Positions 28,838-42,241 of a stretch of 64,000 nucleotides of DNA are shown here, in pieces (position 1 is the stretch's first letter; each line of letters begins with the position of its first letter). A program made the translations under genes and the position numbers. Source of the DNA: Octopus vulgaris (Eukaryota); NCBI GenBank assembly GCA_951406725.2, contig OX597814.1:162192001-162256000 (forward strand), read 5' to 3'. A model generated the notes under the pieces. It was given only the letters and a program-made list of their open reading frames with translations. It made no database searches and was not told where the DNA came from.

Positions 28838-29449
28838 CTGGTCGAGAAATCGAAGCTAAGGGGAGGGGATTACGGACTGGACAACATACATTCACATAAA
28901 CAGTAAAATAGAGAGGTCAGTGTAGGAATAATAGAGTGATGATAGAGTAAGAGATAAATAGAGAGAGGGAGAGAGAGATAAAGAGAGAAAGACAAATAAA
29001 AGAAATGCAAGAGAGCAGTAAAAGTGAAATAAAAAGCGATTTATATTACTAAAAGCCTAAACTAAAGCATACATAATTATATATACTGTTGTGGAAAAAA
29101 AATACTATTTTATCCAACACAACCGCTTTAATTTTACCATGTTCTCTCAGTGTCTAGTTGGAGTGGTAGTATGAGTAACGTTTCCAATGGAAGTAGCAAC
29201 TACACAAGTGAGCAGGCAGCGGCCATGATAATGTGCAGGAGCACCGTCAACTTTCGTCAAAATACGGAGCTTTCAAATGTACGGATGATCAGACATGAAT
29301 AAAAATTCGTAACTAACATCAAAGAAGCAAATATTTTGAAAATAATAATTACATCAAATAATTAGATACAAAAAAAAATCCAAGTTAAATGTTATGTATT
29401 TTTTTTTTGTAGCTTGCATTAAATTTTTTTAAAAAGTTACATAACTTAC

Positions 29450-29486
29450 CAGGGTTTCTATAGTGTCCAAATGGTAAATGAGCCAT
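29450..29486 (-). CDS. RXR: Putative alternative RXR first coding exon B, MAHLPFGHYRNP(D)
   Basis: ctaaATGG start context, 12 open codons plus G, then a perfect CTG|GTAAGT donor in phase 1, in frame with the 13408 acceptor. Confidence 0.6.
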
Positions 29487-32400
29487 TTAGTTTTTCCTAA
29501 CGGCGATGTTCATATAGGAAGATGATCTAGAGAATTTTATAGTACTATAAGTCATCCGTCAACAAGATAAGCATACTGTAAGGCTATCATAAGAAGCGGC
29601 TGGTCTCTAGGAAACGCGGTAAAAAGTGTTGGGTGAAGAGTTCAAGGTTTGGGGAAGGTTGATGTATTTTAAAAAAAAAAAAAAAGCCACAATGATTGAG
29701 AGAGGTCAATACTTCATAGTATATAACTTGATAAATCAAGTATTTCTCAAAAATCGCTGAGTATCACTTACTCCTCATGAGATCAACGGAAATTTTAAAA
29801 AATATTAAAAGTCTGATTTGTTTTCAAATGTTTTTTTTTTCTTTCAATTATTAATTTTATATATATATACAAATATATATAAATGTATATAGAAAATAAA
29901 GTGCTCTAAAAAATTTAATACACGTGAATATTAGCAACTCTTCTACAAGTGGCTTCAGTAATCACGGACGAAAGGTGAATAGTCAATGTAATTTCCACCA
30001 TTATCTCTGTAAGAAAATTATAAACTCCTCAGAATAGTTCTAATAACTTTTTTTTTCAAGCATGTGTAGATTGATGAAAACAAAAAGAGTTTGAATGGAT
30101 TTTTTTGTTTTTCATAAGTAGTTTGTTTCCAATAAAAAAATAAAAACTTAATCAATAGTTGCTTCTGTTCCTCATTAATAAGTTGTTAGATGATGAACTA
30201 AGTAATCAAGGTCGTATGTAACAGTACCATAGAAACAGAGGCAGTGTTTTACCACCTACTTGATGCGGCCATTCAGCAATAATGAGAAAACCTTAAGTAA
30301 ACCACAGCTTGTCTCTTATTACTGACGAAAGCACTCTTCCTACCCCTCCTCCACTGACCCCCTCCCTCTCACTTGCGTGCCCTCTCTCCTCCCTCTGTCT
30401 CTGTCTCTCTCACTTGCGTGCCCGCTCTCACTCTCTCCTTCCCTCTCTATCTCTCTCTTCATAGCTCCACTTCCTCTAAATTTTCGTTCTACTTTTCTGC
30501 TTATTTTTATTTAAATTTGTTTCCTTTTTCTTTCATCTCTACTTTTCAGTTTCTTCACTCTTTCGCTCCAATTCAATTTTTTTTTCTTCCCTCTTTTATC
30601 TCTAACTTTCTTTCGTTGCTCAAACTCGCCTCTCTTTAAAAAAAGTATCTTCTTTTTTACTAAAACTAATTGTTTTTCTCTTTCAAATTTCATCTTCACA
30701 TCTATCTCCCTCTTTAATAACATTCTATCCATTTTGTTCGCCAACTATCCCAATCCTAATCACTATCCACCTCTCTATTCAAATTCTAAGTTTTCTTGTC
30801 CGTCACTCGCCCTCACCTTCTGGATACTTTATTTCTATTTTAGTAATAATTTTTTTCTCTCAGATAAAATAACATTCCGCTCTATTACCTCTCTCTCTAG
30901 TACTAATTTTTTTTAATTACTTACAAAAAAATAAAGAGAAAATAATAATTCCCTTCCTCCTATGGCTGCCACCTTTTTTCAGCACTTTTCGTCTCCATTA
31001 TAGACTTTACTGCATCTAAGTCATACTTTATTTCTGTTTTCTTTATTTTTCTTTCCGTTCCTATTTACCTACCTACCTTTACAACAGATACATGTACCTT
31101 CCCTATCTACCTACCTACTTACCTCACACTGCTCTCTGTGTCCCTTTTCTTTTCCTCTCCCACTACTGAATCACTTTTTTTTTTTATGGTAGAATTATAT
31201 ACTTTAAACTAAATGGTATTTAACTAATCCGAAAACCGCATTTATCATAATTATCGAAACTACCATCATCATCACACACTTGGCATTTATACAACGTCAG
31301 ACTAGCGGAAGACGACATAAGGGTTCGGTGATAATTTCTAAGGGAATGGAGATTGCGCGCCGGTTTCGGTTCTACAGGGCAAGCACTACACTATCGATAT
31401 TCCCCCATGGTGTACGGTGTGATAACGCATGAACTTCACTATATATTTATGTTCCCTATTATCAGACATCAAAGCACACAACACATACACACCCACAAAC
31501 GCACACATATCAACAGGTTTGGAGTCTCTTTCCTCCTCCCTTTTTTTAAAAGTATTTAATTTGAAGCTAAATTTACAAAATGTCCTAATTACTTGCAATA
31601 CTTGGCAAGCAGAAAACTGCATATTAGTTTTTGATTCCCAAGTGAAATGGTAATATAATACAGCCTACCTCTATGATAACTCCAGTGCCTTTGAGAAAAG
31701 TAATTTTAAACGTCATCATTTAATAATTTTCTTCCCTTATAACACGATGTCTTAGTGCTTGTGCAAGAAAATCATTTCAGCCTTGTTAACCGTTACAATG
31801 ATAGTTTTGATTAAAGTTGCAATATATTAGCAGGAAAATAATATTCTGTTGAATCTATACTGTCACAGTTGGTAGTTTATCCACCAAATGACGAGTGAAT
31901 GACTAAATTTATCCAATCAAGACTTTAACTCAGAAAGGAACAAGAAAATATAATATTGGAAAGCATTTTATCTGACCTTCCATTATCAGCTACTTCAGCA
32001 TCCAATTAATTTTGATAATGCGGGGAATATTGTAAGTTTTGTGGATCAAAAGAGTTATATCCCATCAAATGGGAGGCTAAACCCATAAAATAGGGAGTTC
32101 ACTTACTACAAGGAGCGTTAATTCTAATGTCTCAGCCTTTGTCCTTCATCTCAGACAAAAAGGCAAGAATGGCCCTTTCCTATTGATTAATTGTTGTTGA
32201 CACAGACCATTAACAGTTTCCTTGAATCATCAGGATAGCAAGGGTTCTCAGTATCTGGTGACAAAGACATTTTAGGCACCTTCACTTTAATTAACAGTCA
32301 ATATAGACCAGATGAAATTTTATGCCTCTTCATTCCTACAACTGTATTCTCTCCTTTCCCCCACCCTCTTGCTATACTTGTACTGCACATCTGGATTTAT

Positions 32401-32715
32401 CCCTTCGAAACAAGTTCATAAGCCAGCGTCAACTGTTTGTTGCAAGTAATTTCATTTCACGAAATAAATGCATTTATAAATGTTATAACTTCCCACTTCC
32501 TGTTCTTTTAATATAGAAGTTTTGAACCTAGCAAAACGGAACTGGTATGATGAAACTGTTATTCATCATCAGTCTCATGACATCTTTTAAAAAAATAAAA
32601 ATAGTTATCATAGAATTTTTGAAATAAACATTCTAACTACAAGAAGCAGAATTATTTTGCTGTTGAGTACATAAACTTGGGAAAGAATGGGTGCAAGTGT
32701 ATCCCCTAAAATTAT

Positions 32716-33563
32716 GCAGAGTGCCTTGAGAGAAAAGTTGGACCTAAGAAGCATGAGATGTGGTGTGCAAGAGAGACGACTGTGCTGGTATGGTCATGTC
32801 ATAAGAATAGATGAGGATAGATGTGTGAAAAAGTGTCACACTCTAGAAGTTGAGGGAACCTGTGGAAAAGGTAGACCCGGGAAGACCTGGGATGAGATGG
32901 TGAAGCACGACCTTCGAACATTAGGCCTTATCGAGGCAATGACTAACGACCGAGACCTTTGGAAATATGCTGTGCTTGAAAAGACCTGGCAAGCCAAGTG
33001 AGACCATAATCCGTGGCCTATGTGTTTCCTTCATTGGACACTAAACTCTGCTTGCGAAGACCTGTTGAGGCAAGTGAAATCAAAATCAAATTCGATGACA
33101 GCACTGCATGACTGGCATCCTTGCTAGTGGAGTGCTAAGAACACCATCCGAGCATGATTGTTGCCAGGGTCACTGACTGGCTCCTGTGCCGGTGCCACAT
33201 AAAAAGCATCATTCAAGCATGATTGTTACCAGCATCACCTAACTGGCACGTGAAAAATAACATTCAAGCGAGGTCGTTGCCAGTGGTGCTAGACTCCTGA
33301 CTCCTGTGCAGGTGGCATGTAAAAAACACAATTTGAGCGTGGCCATTGCCAGTACCACCTGACTGGTCCTCGTGCCGGTGGTACATAAAAGCACCCACTA
33401 CACTCTTGGAATGGTTGGCATTAGGAAGGGCATCCAGCTGTAGAAACTCTGCCAGATCAGATTGGAGCCTGGAGCAGCCATCTAGCTTGCCAGTCCTCAG
33501 TCAAACCATCCAACCCATGCCAGTATGGAAAGCAGATGTTAAACAATGATGATGATGCTGATG
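32716..33563 (+). mobile_element. 5'-truncated RTE-clade LINE (ORF2 C-terminus, 3'UTR and (GAT)n tail)
   Basis: ORF reads ERRLCWYGHVIRIDEDRCVKK...GKGRPGKTWDEMVKHDL...DRDLWK, the RTE C-terminal motif RLxWxGHVxR...RGRPxKxW, with a stop at 33001. The 3'UTR has repeated ggcacgtaaaaagcac units and a gatgatgat tail. Confidence 0.85.
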
Positions 33564-34312
33564 TAGTGGGAGACAAGGAAAGCGTTTTGAACATCCTGAG
33601 TTGGACCTGGATTTGTACCTACTAAGCAAATTTTGTTCCTGCATTTATGGTTGAGTATCAGGTTAAATTGTTCAAAAACATTTGAAAGCAATTATATGAC
33701 TTAGTATTCAAAGGTTATAAGCATCTATCAATCAGAAAAGATGGCCTGACAGAGGGAAAGCATTTTACAATCTAGAGTAAATAAAAGGACTCACCACCAC
33801 TTTTGACTATTAGTATCTCAGTTGTTTGATCAACTGAACTACCTGCTCATTGTATTAGTATGTAACTGGCTGAGTATTCCACAGACATGCATCCTTAATG
33901 CAATCCTTGGATAGAATGAGTATAACAAGACTGACTTTTAATTATGGATACAGTGCATTCTACCCAGTCTAACCCAAATGTCTTGGGGTTGACCTGTGGC
34001 TATGGAAGGAGCATTATCCTAAGTTTACATACTGTGAGATCAAACCAAAAGCATCGTGATTGCAATATAAGCTTCCAAACCACTCAGCTACACCTGCACC
34101 AAAATTATATGTTATTTCAAAATAACATGATGATCACAGAATATTATCAGATATAATGACATATAGTCCCATACAATGTCTATTGAAAGGTCTGAATTTG
34201 TATCAGTATTATAACCCGTTACTCACTGTCACTACTGGTTGAGAATCTGCTATTTTTTGATGATTTAACCCTTTTTCTCATATTTATGATTGTCATTTTT
34301 ACGTTAATATTT

Positions 34313-34862
34313 TACTTGTTTCAGTCATTAGACTATGGCCATGCTTGGGTACTGCCATGAAGAATTGTTTTCTAGTTGAACGAATTGCTCCCCACAAGTA
34401 CTTATTTTTTTAAAGCCTGCTACTTATTCTATTGGTCTATTTTGCTGAACCACTAAGTAACGGGAATACAAACATACCAATACTGGTTGTCAAGCAGTGG
34501 TGGGGAACAAACACAAACACACACATACATCATCATCATTTAATGTCCACTTTCCAGGTTCACATGGGTTAAATGGTCTGACTGGGAGTTGTAAGCCGAA
34601 GAGCTGCACCAAGTTTTGGTTTGATTTGCATGGTTTCTATGGCCAGATACCCTTCCTAATGCCAACCACACAAAGAGTGTAATATAAATATATATGATGG
34701 ACGGTTTTTTTAGTTTCTGTCAACCAAATTCCACTCAAAAGGCTTTGGTCAGTCTGAGGCTATAGAAGAAGATGTTTGCTTGAGGTGTCATGCAGTGGGA
34801 CTGAACTAGAGACCATGTGGTTGGGAGGCAAACTGCTTACCACACAACCGTGACTCTGCCTA
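34313..34862 (-). mobile_element. tRNA-type SINE with nested RTE-type tail (about 34527-34680)
   Basis: SINE tail ttacttgtttcagtcatt and head cttaccacaca..; the internal catcatcatttaatgtcc..ccttcctaatgccaaccac matches the reverse of the RTE 3' end. Confidence 0.7.
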
Positions 34863-35099
34863 TCTATCCATGTATTTTAATGAATTTTAAAATATCCATG
34901 AATTTGGATGGATTTTGTAAAAAGAGTAACTTTTTTTAGTAAGCTGATATTTAAATGATAACAAAAGGCTCTCCAGAAGAAGATTTTAATTAAAAAACTG
35001 ATCTCAAGTCATTGAGCCATACAAAAGAGATGACTAAGGACTGAGATATTTGGTGCATTGCTGTACTCAAGAATACTTGCCTGCCACAGTAGAATTGAT

Positions 35100-35342
35100 A
35101 TTGGTGCTGGTGCCACCTAAAAAACACTCATGTTGGTCCCACGTACAAAGCACTGGTGCTGGTGCCTCGTAAAAAGCATCTGGTACATTCTGTAGTGTGG
35201 CTAGAAGGATATCCAGCTGTAGAAACCATGCTAGAACTGACAATATAGCTTGGTGCAGTCCTTGGTGTTACCAGCTATGGTCAAATTGTCCAACATATGC
35301 CAACATGGAACACAGATGTTAAATAATGATGATGATGATGAA
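35100..35342 (+). mobile_element. RTE LINE 3'UTR/tail fragment
   Basis: ggtgccac..aaaaa repeats, atccagctgtagaaac and a (GAT)n tail, matching 33350-33560. Confidence 0.7.
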
Positions 35343-36282
35343 TGATTATGATAAATTCCACTCACAAGATATTTGTTAATTTGAGACCATGGTAGAAGAT
35401 CTCTGCTCAAGTTATTGTACAGTGAGTTCAATCCCCAGAAACATGTGACTAACAGGTGAACTTCTTAACCACACAGTCATTATTGTACCACCTCTTCTCA
35501 ACTTACAGGAAATTTTAGTCATTTCATAAATATATTTCATCATAATGTCATAGGTTTAAATCCTGGTGCAAGAGATGCCTTTTGTTTTAGGGAAAAGTAT
35601 TTTACTTTAAATTGTTCCAGTTCACTCAGCAAAAATAGTTAAGACTGAGAGAGTAGTCAGTTAGCCTGAAGTTAGCATAGAAGTGTTAATAAGTTAGTGC
35701 TGCAACTAAAAACATGAAGAGAGATACATCAAACAGTGGACTTACAATGTTCTATCTTTACCCTCTATTTTAAAAGTTACATTTTGACATAAAAGAGAAT
35801 GCAATTCAAAACACTGTTTTACAATAATAGATGCACACACACACACACACACATTAAACATTTATTCAAAACTGAGTCACTAATTGCTGTTTCTCATTCT
35901 TGCGCCTCAAGCAATTTACATCAGTGTGAACTCATATATCATCATCATGATCATCACATCATCATTAGCATCACTGGGAGGGTTATGAGAGTAGAATCCT
36001 GAGACACCTTCTCCAGAAGTAACAGTCTTCAGATTTTCCAGCTGAATTCCTAAACATGGCCAACTGAGATGATGGATATCATCCAACCATTTTATTCTTG
36101 GTCTACTCCTGAGTGACATCAGTAGATGACCACCAACACGCTCTGAATGGATTCACTACCAAGTGCTGTAAGGCAATGAACGCAATTACAACAATGGCAA
36201 GGCATTCCAACAAAGGTGTCACTAACCAGTCCTCCTTATTTCTTTAGCCATGTCTCTCAAAAGTGGACTCTTCTTTCTTTAA

Positions 36283-36505
36283 CCCTTTCGATACCAACCC
36301 GGCTGAAACCGCTTCTCACTCTGTAGTACAAATGTTTCGTTTTCAAAAGCTCTGAATTAAAATCTGCCACCAAACCTTAGTCGTAATTTATGTTCCTAAC
36401 ACTAGGTTAATGATAACCAAGTTATTTTACTAAATTCATTGTTATATTTAAAGTAATTGAAAGAACTACAGGGGAAATCTCAAAATAAATACGGTAACGA
36501 AAGGG
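36283..36505 (+). mobile_element. piggyBac-type MITE, family 2
   Basis: 13-bp TIR CCCTTTCGATACC / GGTAACGAAAGGG (one mismatch) with TTAA duplication at 36279-82 and 36506-09. Confidence 0.88.
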
Positions 36506-37106
36506 TTAATGGTGTTTGATACTTTAGGTAGCTTAATGTATGATTTTTCTTTGGGAGAATGTTCTTTCCAGGACACATTCAAAATGGCATGGAGCATGCA
36601 CATGTAGATACTGTCCAACATGGTTTCAATTGCAATACAGAATAAATGAATAAAATGCAAGATTCAAATAACCATGATTACAGGAATGCTTTTAGTATCA
36701 CAATATGATACTAAAGAATGTTAGTTGATAGGGGAGAAATGATAAACACAAATTAAATAGAATTAGAAATAAGAGATGCAATGTGTTTATTTTCTATTTT
36801 TGCTTCCTAATAACAATTTCTGCTATTGAAAGGTTAGTCATTAATTTACTTCATGGAACACCAACATTTCCAATCTAATTAATTACTAGTCTACAAATTG
36901 TGACTATTGTGATATACAAACAAGACAAAATTCACAACAACAAAGAGATCAAATTTCTTGCTAAGATTTCAAATAGCATACGTATCATTTTAATTTATTA
37001 ATAATTGATAATACTGCAAAGCACTCAGTAGATTCTAGATTGTGAATAGTTGCTGCTTTTGAGACGAAGTTGTGGTAGGCTAATTTTCTCTCATCAGCAA
37101 TGTCTA

Positions 37107-37367
<261 letters not shown>

Positions 37368-38642
37368 GAGAGATGGGAGTTGGCAGGAGGGGAGGCAGGC
37401 AATCTTAGTTAAATGAAATATTGTTGATAAAAAGGAGAGCACTTGGAAATTCCTACCTATGCCAATAAAACCTGTATTTGTTTAACTGGTTACTTCAGAT
37501 ACATCTGTGAGTTTCCCCTCTGCCTTCTTCCTTTTTCACTGGCATTTATTCTCTCTCTTTCTCCTTACCACCATCATATGGAATATTTAAATCATGTTGT
37601 GAAACAAAGTCAGTACTTTCCCTTGCATTTCTACCATGAATGTCTATTCAATGTTAGTTTAAAAATAGTCACAGACCAAGTTTATTGGGGCTTCTTGCTA
37701 TTCATGAATAATCCGCATGCATAATATGGAAGCTGAGAAGGAGTAGGTAGGAATTCCATACATACATACGTATACATGTGTGTGTGTGTGTGTTTACATT
37801 TACAGTGAAAGAGGAAAATTAGGAAAAACTTCCATTATTTTGTCTTATAGAAATCTTCCTGTATATTTGTGGTCTATCATTTGCACCAATTACACAATGT
37901 AGATTTACTCACTATACACTATCCATACAGCAATGTTATTTCCATGGTGCTGTTGTGATTTTATGGCTCCTTTCTACTGCCATGAACCTCAATCCTGACC
38001 ATGTTCACCTTCAGTAATTTTGAATGAATCTAAACTTCAATGAAGTTTCATACACTTGATTTACCCCTTTTGCAATTCTTTGATTCTTGATGAGAAATGG
38101 TTGTCTTGTATCAGTAGGCATAACACAACTACTTCTGAATTACTTAAGTTAAGTTAAAAGTTTGGGAAGAAGTGAAAAGAGGTGAGAACATAGTGTTGAT
38201 AGATAATCACCTGTACACTAAATTATTTGCTTACCTTATGTCAATTATGACTTTTAATTTTACTATCCTCATACATTGCAAGTAAGTACTGACTTGTAGT
38301 TGTTAATTTTTTTCTTTCTCTCTTTTCTTTTTCTTTTTTGCTCACTTCATTTATAATGTGGAACCTTGTTGAAAACCACTAAATAGTCACATACTAGATA
38401 GAAATGTTTTTCTTTGGGAAAGAAATTCTCTTGTTAAATATAGCATTATTACTTCTATAAGGTTGTGAGCTGGTAGAATCATTAGTGAATTGAACAAAAT
38501 GCTTTGCAACATTTCTGCAGGCTCTTTAATTTTAAATTAAAATTCCACTAAGGTTGACTCTGCCTCTCATCCTTTTGAGATTGATAAAATAAGTACCAGT
38601 TGAACACTGGGCTTAACGTAAGTGATGTACCCACTCCTTTAA

Positions 38643-38862
38643 CCCTTTTGACAACAACCCATCTGAAACTGTTCCTTGTTCAATGGTATAAACCTCCTGT
38701 TTTAAAATGGTCTAAATTAAAACCTGCCATCATAATTTCATGTTAATTTGTTTCAGATACCATCTTAATAATGGTAAAGTTATTTTACTAAATTCTTTAT
38801 TATTTTCAAAGCTATCTGAAAGAAAGGCAGTGTATTTCGACAGAATTATGGTAACAAAAGGG
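38643..38862 (+). mobile_element. piggyBac-type MITE (family 2-like) nested in a SINE (about 38458-38900)
   Basis: TTAA|CCCTTTTG...CAAAAGGG|TTAA; the host SINE resumes with aactgctggccttgtgccaaaattt. Confidence 0.8.
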
Positions 38863-39504
38863 TTAAAACTGCTGGCCTTGTGCCAAAATTTGAGACCTTT
38901 ATTAGCTCTACATCTTCATACAAGATTTAATTGCACTTACCCAGCCCAACAAACAGGATTGTTGGAGTGTGGACATTTAGTTTTGGTCCTCTATATTCTG
39001 AGTCCCATTCTAGCCAAGATTGACTTTACTTCTCCCTATCACCATCATCTGCTGCACGCCCGAGGATTGATAAAATATGCATCGATCCCATGCTGTGAAC
39101 AATAATATCATTAGTTAAAAAAAATTTCCAATGAGTCAATCACTGGTTCATTGCATTTCCTATAGAGAGAGTAGCCATGTAATGTGAGCAAAACAAATAC
39201 CACAAGGTATTTTGTTTAAAAGCACCAGGATTGATATGATCAACAGCAGGTTAAAGTGCTTTGCATATGGTAGCCCAGCTGTCTGTTCAGTAATAGGCAG
39301 TTGCCAAACAACATAAACCTACAGGGGTCTAAAGTCACATGTACTCATGTGCAAAAACAAAATAACTTTAAGCAGCATGTTATTTCCTACCTTGAGGTAC
39401 TATTTTAAGTTCATTTATCTCCCCTATCATATATATTGTTTTATATATTGCCTGATGGTCTTGTTGCACTAGAAATCAGAGATAGAATTATTATTGGTAG
39501 GCAC

Positions 39505-39653
39505 GGGCATTGCTGAATGTTTAAGAAACTTGCTTCCTAACCATGTGGTTTCAGGTTTGGCCCCTCTTTGCTGCACCTTGTGTCTTCTACCGGACTGTCT
39601 AAAACCATGAGTGGATTTGGTCGATGGATACTGAAGAAACCTATCATATAAAT

Positions 39654-39718
<65 letters not shown>

Positions 39719-40330
39719 TGTATGTGTGTCAGAGAGAGAGTATGTGTGTCAGAGAGAGAGTATGTGTGTCAGAGAGAGAGTGTGTGTGTGTCTTTGTGTA
39801 TTGACATTGCACCATTATAAAACACAGGTGATGGTGCCACATAAAAAGCACCACTACTTATGTCACGTAAAAAGCAGTAATACAGGTGCCATGTAAAATG
39901 CATTGGTTCTGGTGCCACATAAAAAACACAGGTGATGGTGCCACATAAAAAGCACCGAGTACACTTTGTAAAGTGGTTGACATTAGGAAGACCATAAAGC
40001 TGTTGAAACCAAGCCAAAAATAGACTATGGAACCTGGTGCAGCTCCTGACCTTGCCAACTCCTTTCAATTCTTCCAACTCATGCCAGCATGGAAAATGGA
40101 CATTAAATGAAAATGATGATGATGATGATAACTGCATGATAGTAGTAAACAAGTATCAGCATGCTAGAAGTCATGTTGTTAGTTTCCAGCCTTCCATGAA
40201 AATATTTTCAGCTCAAGGGAAACATTACCTTTCTTAAAAACAAGTGAAGCTTGGCAACAGGAAGGGCATCCAGCCATAGAAAATCTGCTTCGATAAATTC
40301 CATCTGACCCATACAAGAATGGAAAAGTGA
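39505..40330 (+). mobile_element. SINE with nested (GT)/(GA) microsatellites and RTE 3'UTR fragment (about 39815-40130)
   Basis: SINE head aagaaacttgcttcctaaccatgtggtttcaggtt; ggtgccacataaaaagcacc repeats and a (GAT)n tail; SINE tail gaagggcatccagccat. Confidence 0.65.
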
Positions 40331-41136
40331 ATGCTAAAATGCTGCAACCACCACCATGGCTGCCACCACCACTGCTGCTGTTGTTGTTGTTAAGCAACAA
40401 GGTGGGTAAGGGTGATTAGGTGATGGTCTAGGGCTTAGTGGGGGAAGACCCCAGACCTTGAAAAAAAAAAACTTTGGTTGTCCTGTTGTAGTCAAGGGCT
40501 CTTCGTTGACGCCCGACACCACTGGGAGGTGGCCCTTGAAGTCGCTTGAAATGGAGATCTCCAGATCCAAATTTTTGAATGGCTGCTGCTGCTGCCACTG
40601 CTATCAGCTTCACTGACAGCAGCAGTGATGACAACACTGACGAAGATCATAATGGAAGTGTGGAAAAGTAGACTGATATCATTTTGACTATTTCTTAACA
40701 TTCTGGTACACTGATACAAAGTGGCACTATACAATATACAAGATACCTTAATCTCTCTTGGCATGGTACATTGGTAAACTTGTTTTCACTTCTAACTAGA
40801 TAAATCCACTGTTTAACTTTCTACTTAGCCTCCAGGACATATTCTCTGTTATTTATTTCTTCTGTTTCTTTTAAGCCCATCACTTATCTCTTATAATATC
40901 TTTCTGGCAATATTTGACCACAATGATGACAGCTTCTAGATAAATAAGTTTCTAGTTCTGTCAACTTTTTGGCTGTCCAAAGCACTTTCATCAGTTTGTC
41001 CTAAACATCTATGCTTATTTTCAAGCTAGTAGTCAGCCCTGGTTTCATATGCTCTGAGTAATATAGAGCTTTCTTTTCATAAGAACAAAGTTACTCTAGT
41101 GGTTGAAAAAATTAGCAATGTGTATCATAAGTCAAC

Positions 41137-41442
41137 ATCATCATCATCATCATTTAACGTCCTTTCTCCATGCTAGCATGGGCTGGACGGTTCGACCGGG
41201 GATCTGGGAAGCCAGAAGGCTGCACCAGGCTCCAGTCTGATCTGGCAGTGTTTCTACAGCTGGATGCCCTTCCTAACACCAACCACTCCGAAAGTGTAGT
41301 GGGTGCTTTTTACATGCCAGGCGAGGCTGGCAACGACCACGATCGGATTGGTGCTTTTTACGTGCCATCGGCACGGAAGCCAGTCAAGGTGGCGCTGGCA
41401 TCGGCCACGTTCGGATGGTGCTTTTTATGTGCCACCAGCATG
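41137..41442 (-). mobile_element. RTE LINE 3' end
   Basis: (CAT)n then ctccagtctgatctggcag..tttctacagctggatgcccttcctaa, the reverse complement of 33380-33560. Confidence 0.8.
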
Positions 41443-42021
41443 GAGTGATGTATAAGTGATGTATAAATACCAAATGTGATGTATAAATACCAAGGAAATA
41501 TGTTAGGCAAAGGGTTAAGAATGTCAAATTATATAAAAGTACTCTATGTCTAGCTCTCTGTTCAAATAACCATTTGCTACAATGCTACACTTTGGAGTCC
41601 AGTCATTTATTTTATTATTGTTTTATATTACACTTAGTGAACAATAGTGTTATCGGTTATAGACTTTCTGATGACCAATAACTGGTTCACTGCATTTCCA
41701 ATGGTGAGAATGACACTTGAATATCTATGCGGAACAAATACCAGCATATTTTTTTTTTTCCAGATTTGAAAGCACCAGTTTATCAGTTTTCTTGTTGATA
41801 TACATTGATGTAAAATGCACATACACATATACATGCGCACATATACTCTTGCACACACACATACACACACACAATTTTCATTTGCTGAATTTTGTTCATA
41901 AGGCATTGGCTAACCTGAGGTTGCAGTAGAAGCAGGTCCGTGCATTCAGTATACAAAATCTTTCACTTATACTCTAACTCTTCTATTTTTAATTGGACTG
42001 ATCATATATTTCCTATACTGA

Positions 42022-42241
42022 GGGCTTCAAATTTTGACACATGACCAGCAATTTCAAAGGAGTGTGTAAGTTGATTACATTGACCCCAGTGTTCAACTGG
42101 TACTTATTTTATTAACTCTGAAAGGATGCAAAGTAAAGTTGGCCTTGGTGGAATCTGAAGCCAGAACATAAAGATTCAGAGAAGAAATGCTACTAAGCAT
42201 TCTGTCCAACTCACAAATGATCCTACCAATTTGCTGCCTTA
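42022..42241 (-). mobile_element. Second SINE family (central gcctttcatcc..gtcgataaaataagtaccag domain, MetaSINE-like)
   Basis: Matches the copies at 48640-49012 and 51237-53382. The family name is from memory and tentative. Confidence 0.65.

Larger units (their letters stand above)
28050..31500 (-). promoter_or_regulatory. Probable RXR promoter / 5'UTR region
   Basis: Repeat-poor and visibly richer in CpG than its flanks (e.g. gcgcgccggtttcgg at about 31355, gcggaagacgac at about 31306). Contains a YY1-like gatggcggc at about 28480, long CT/GA tracts, a candidate non-coding-exon donor GAG|GTAAGT at 31122 and an acceptor ttttcttacAG at 30008-30007. Confidence 0.55.
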
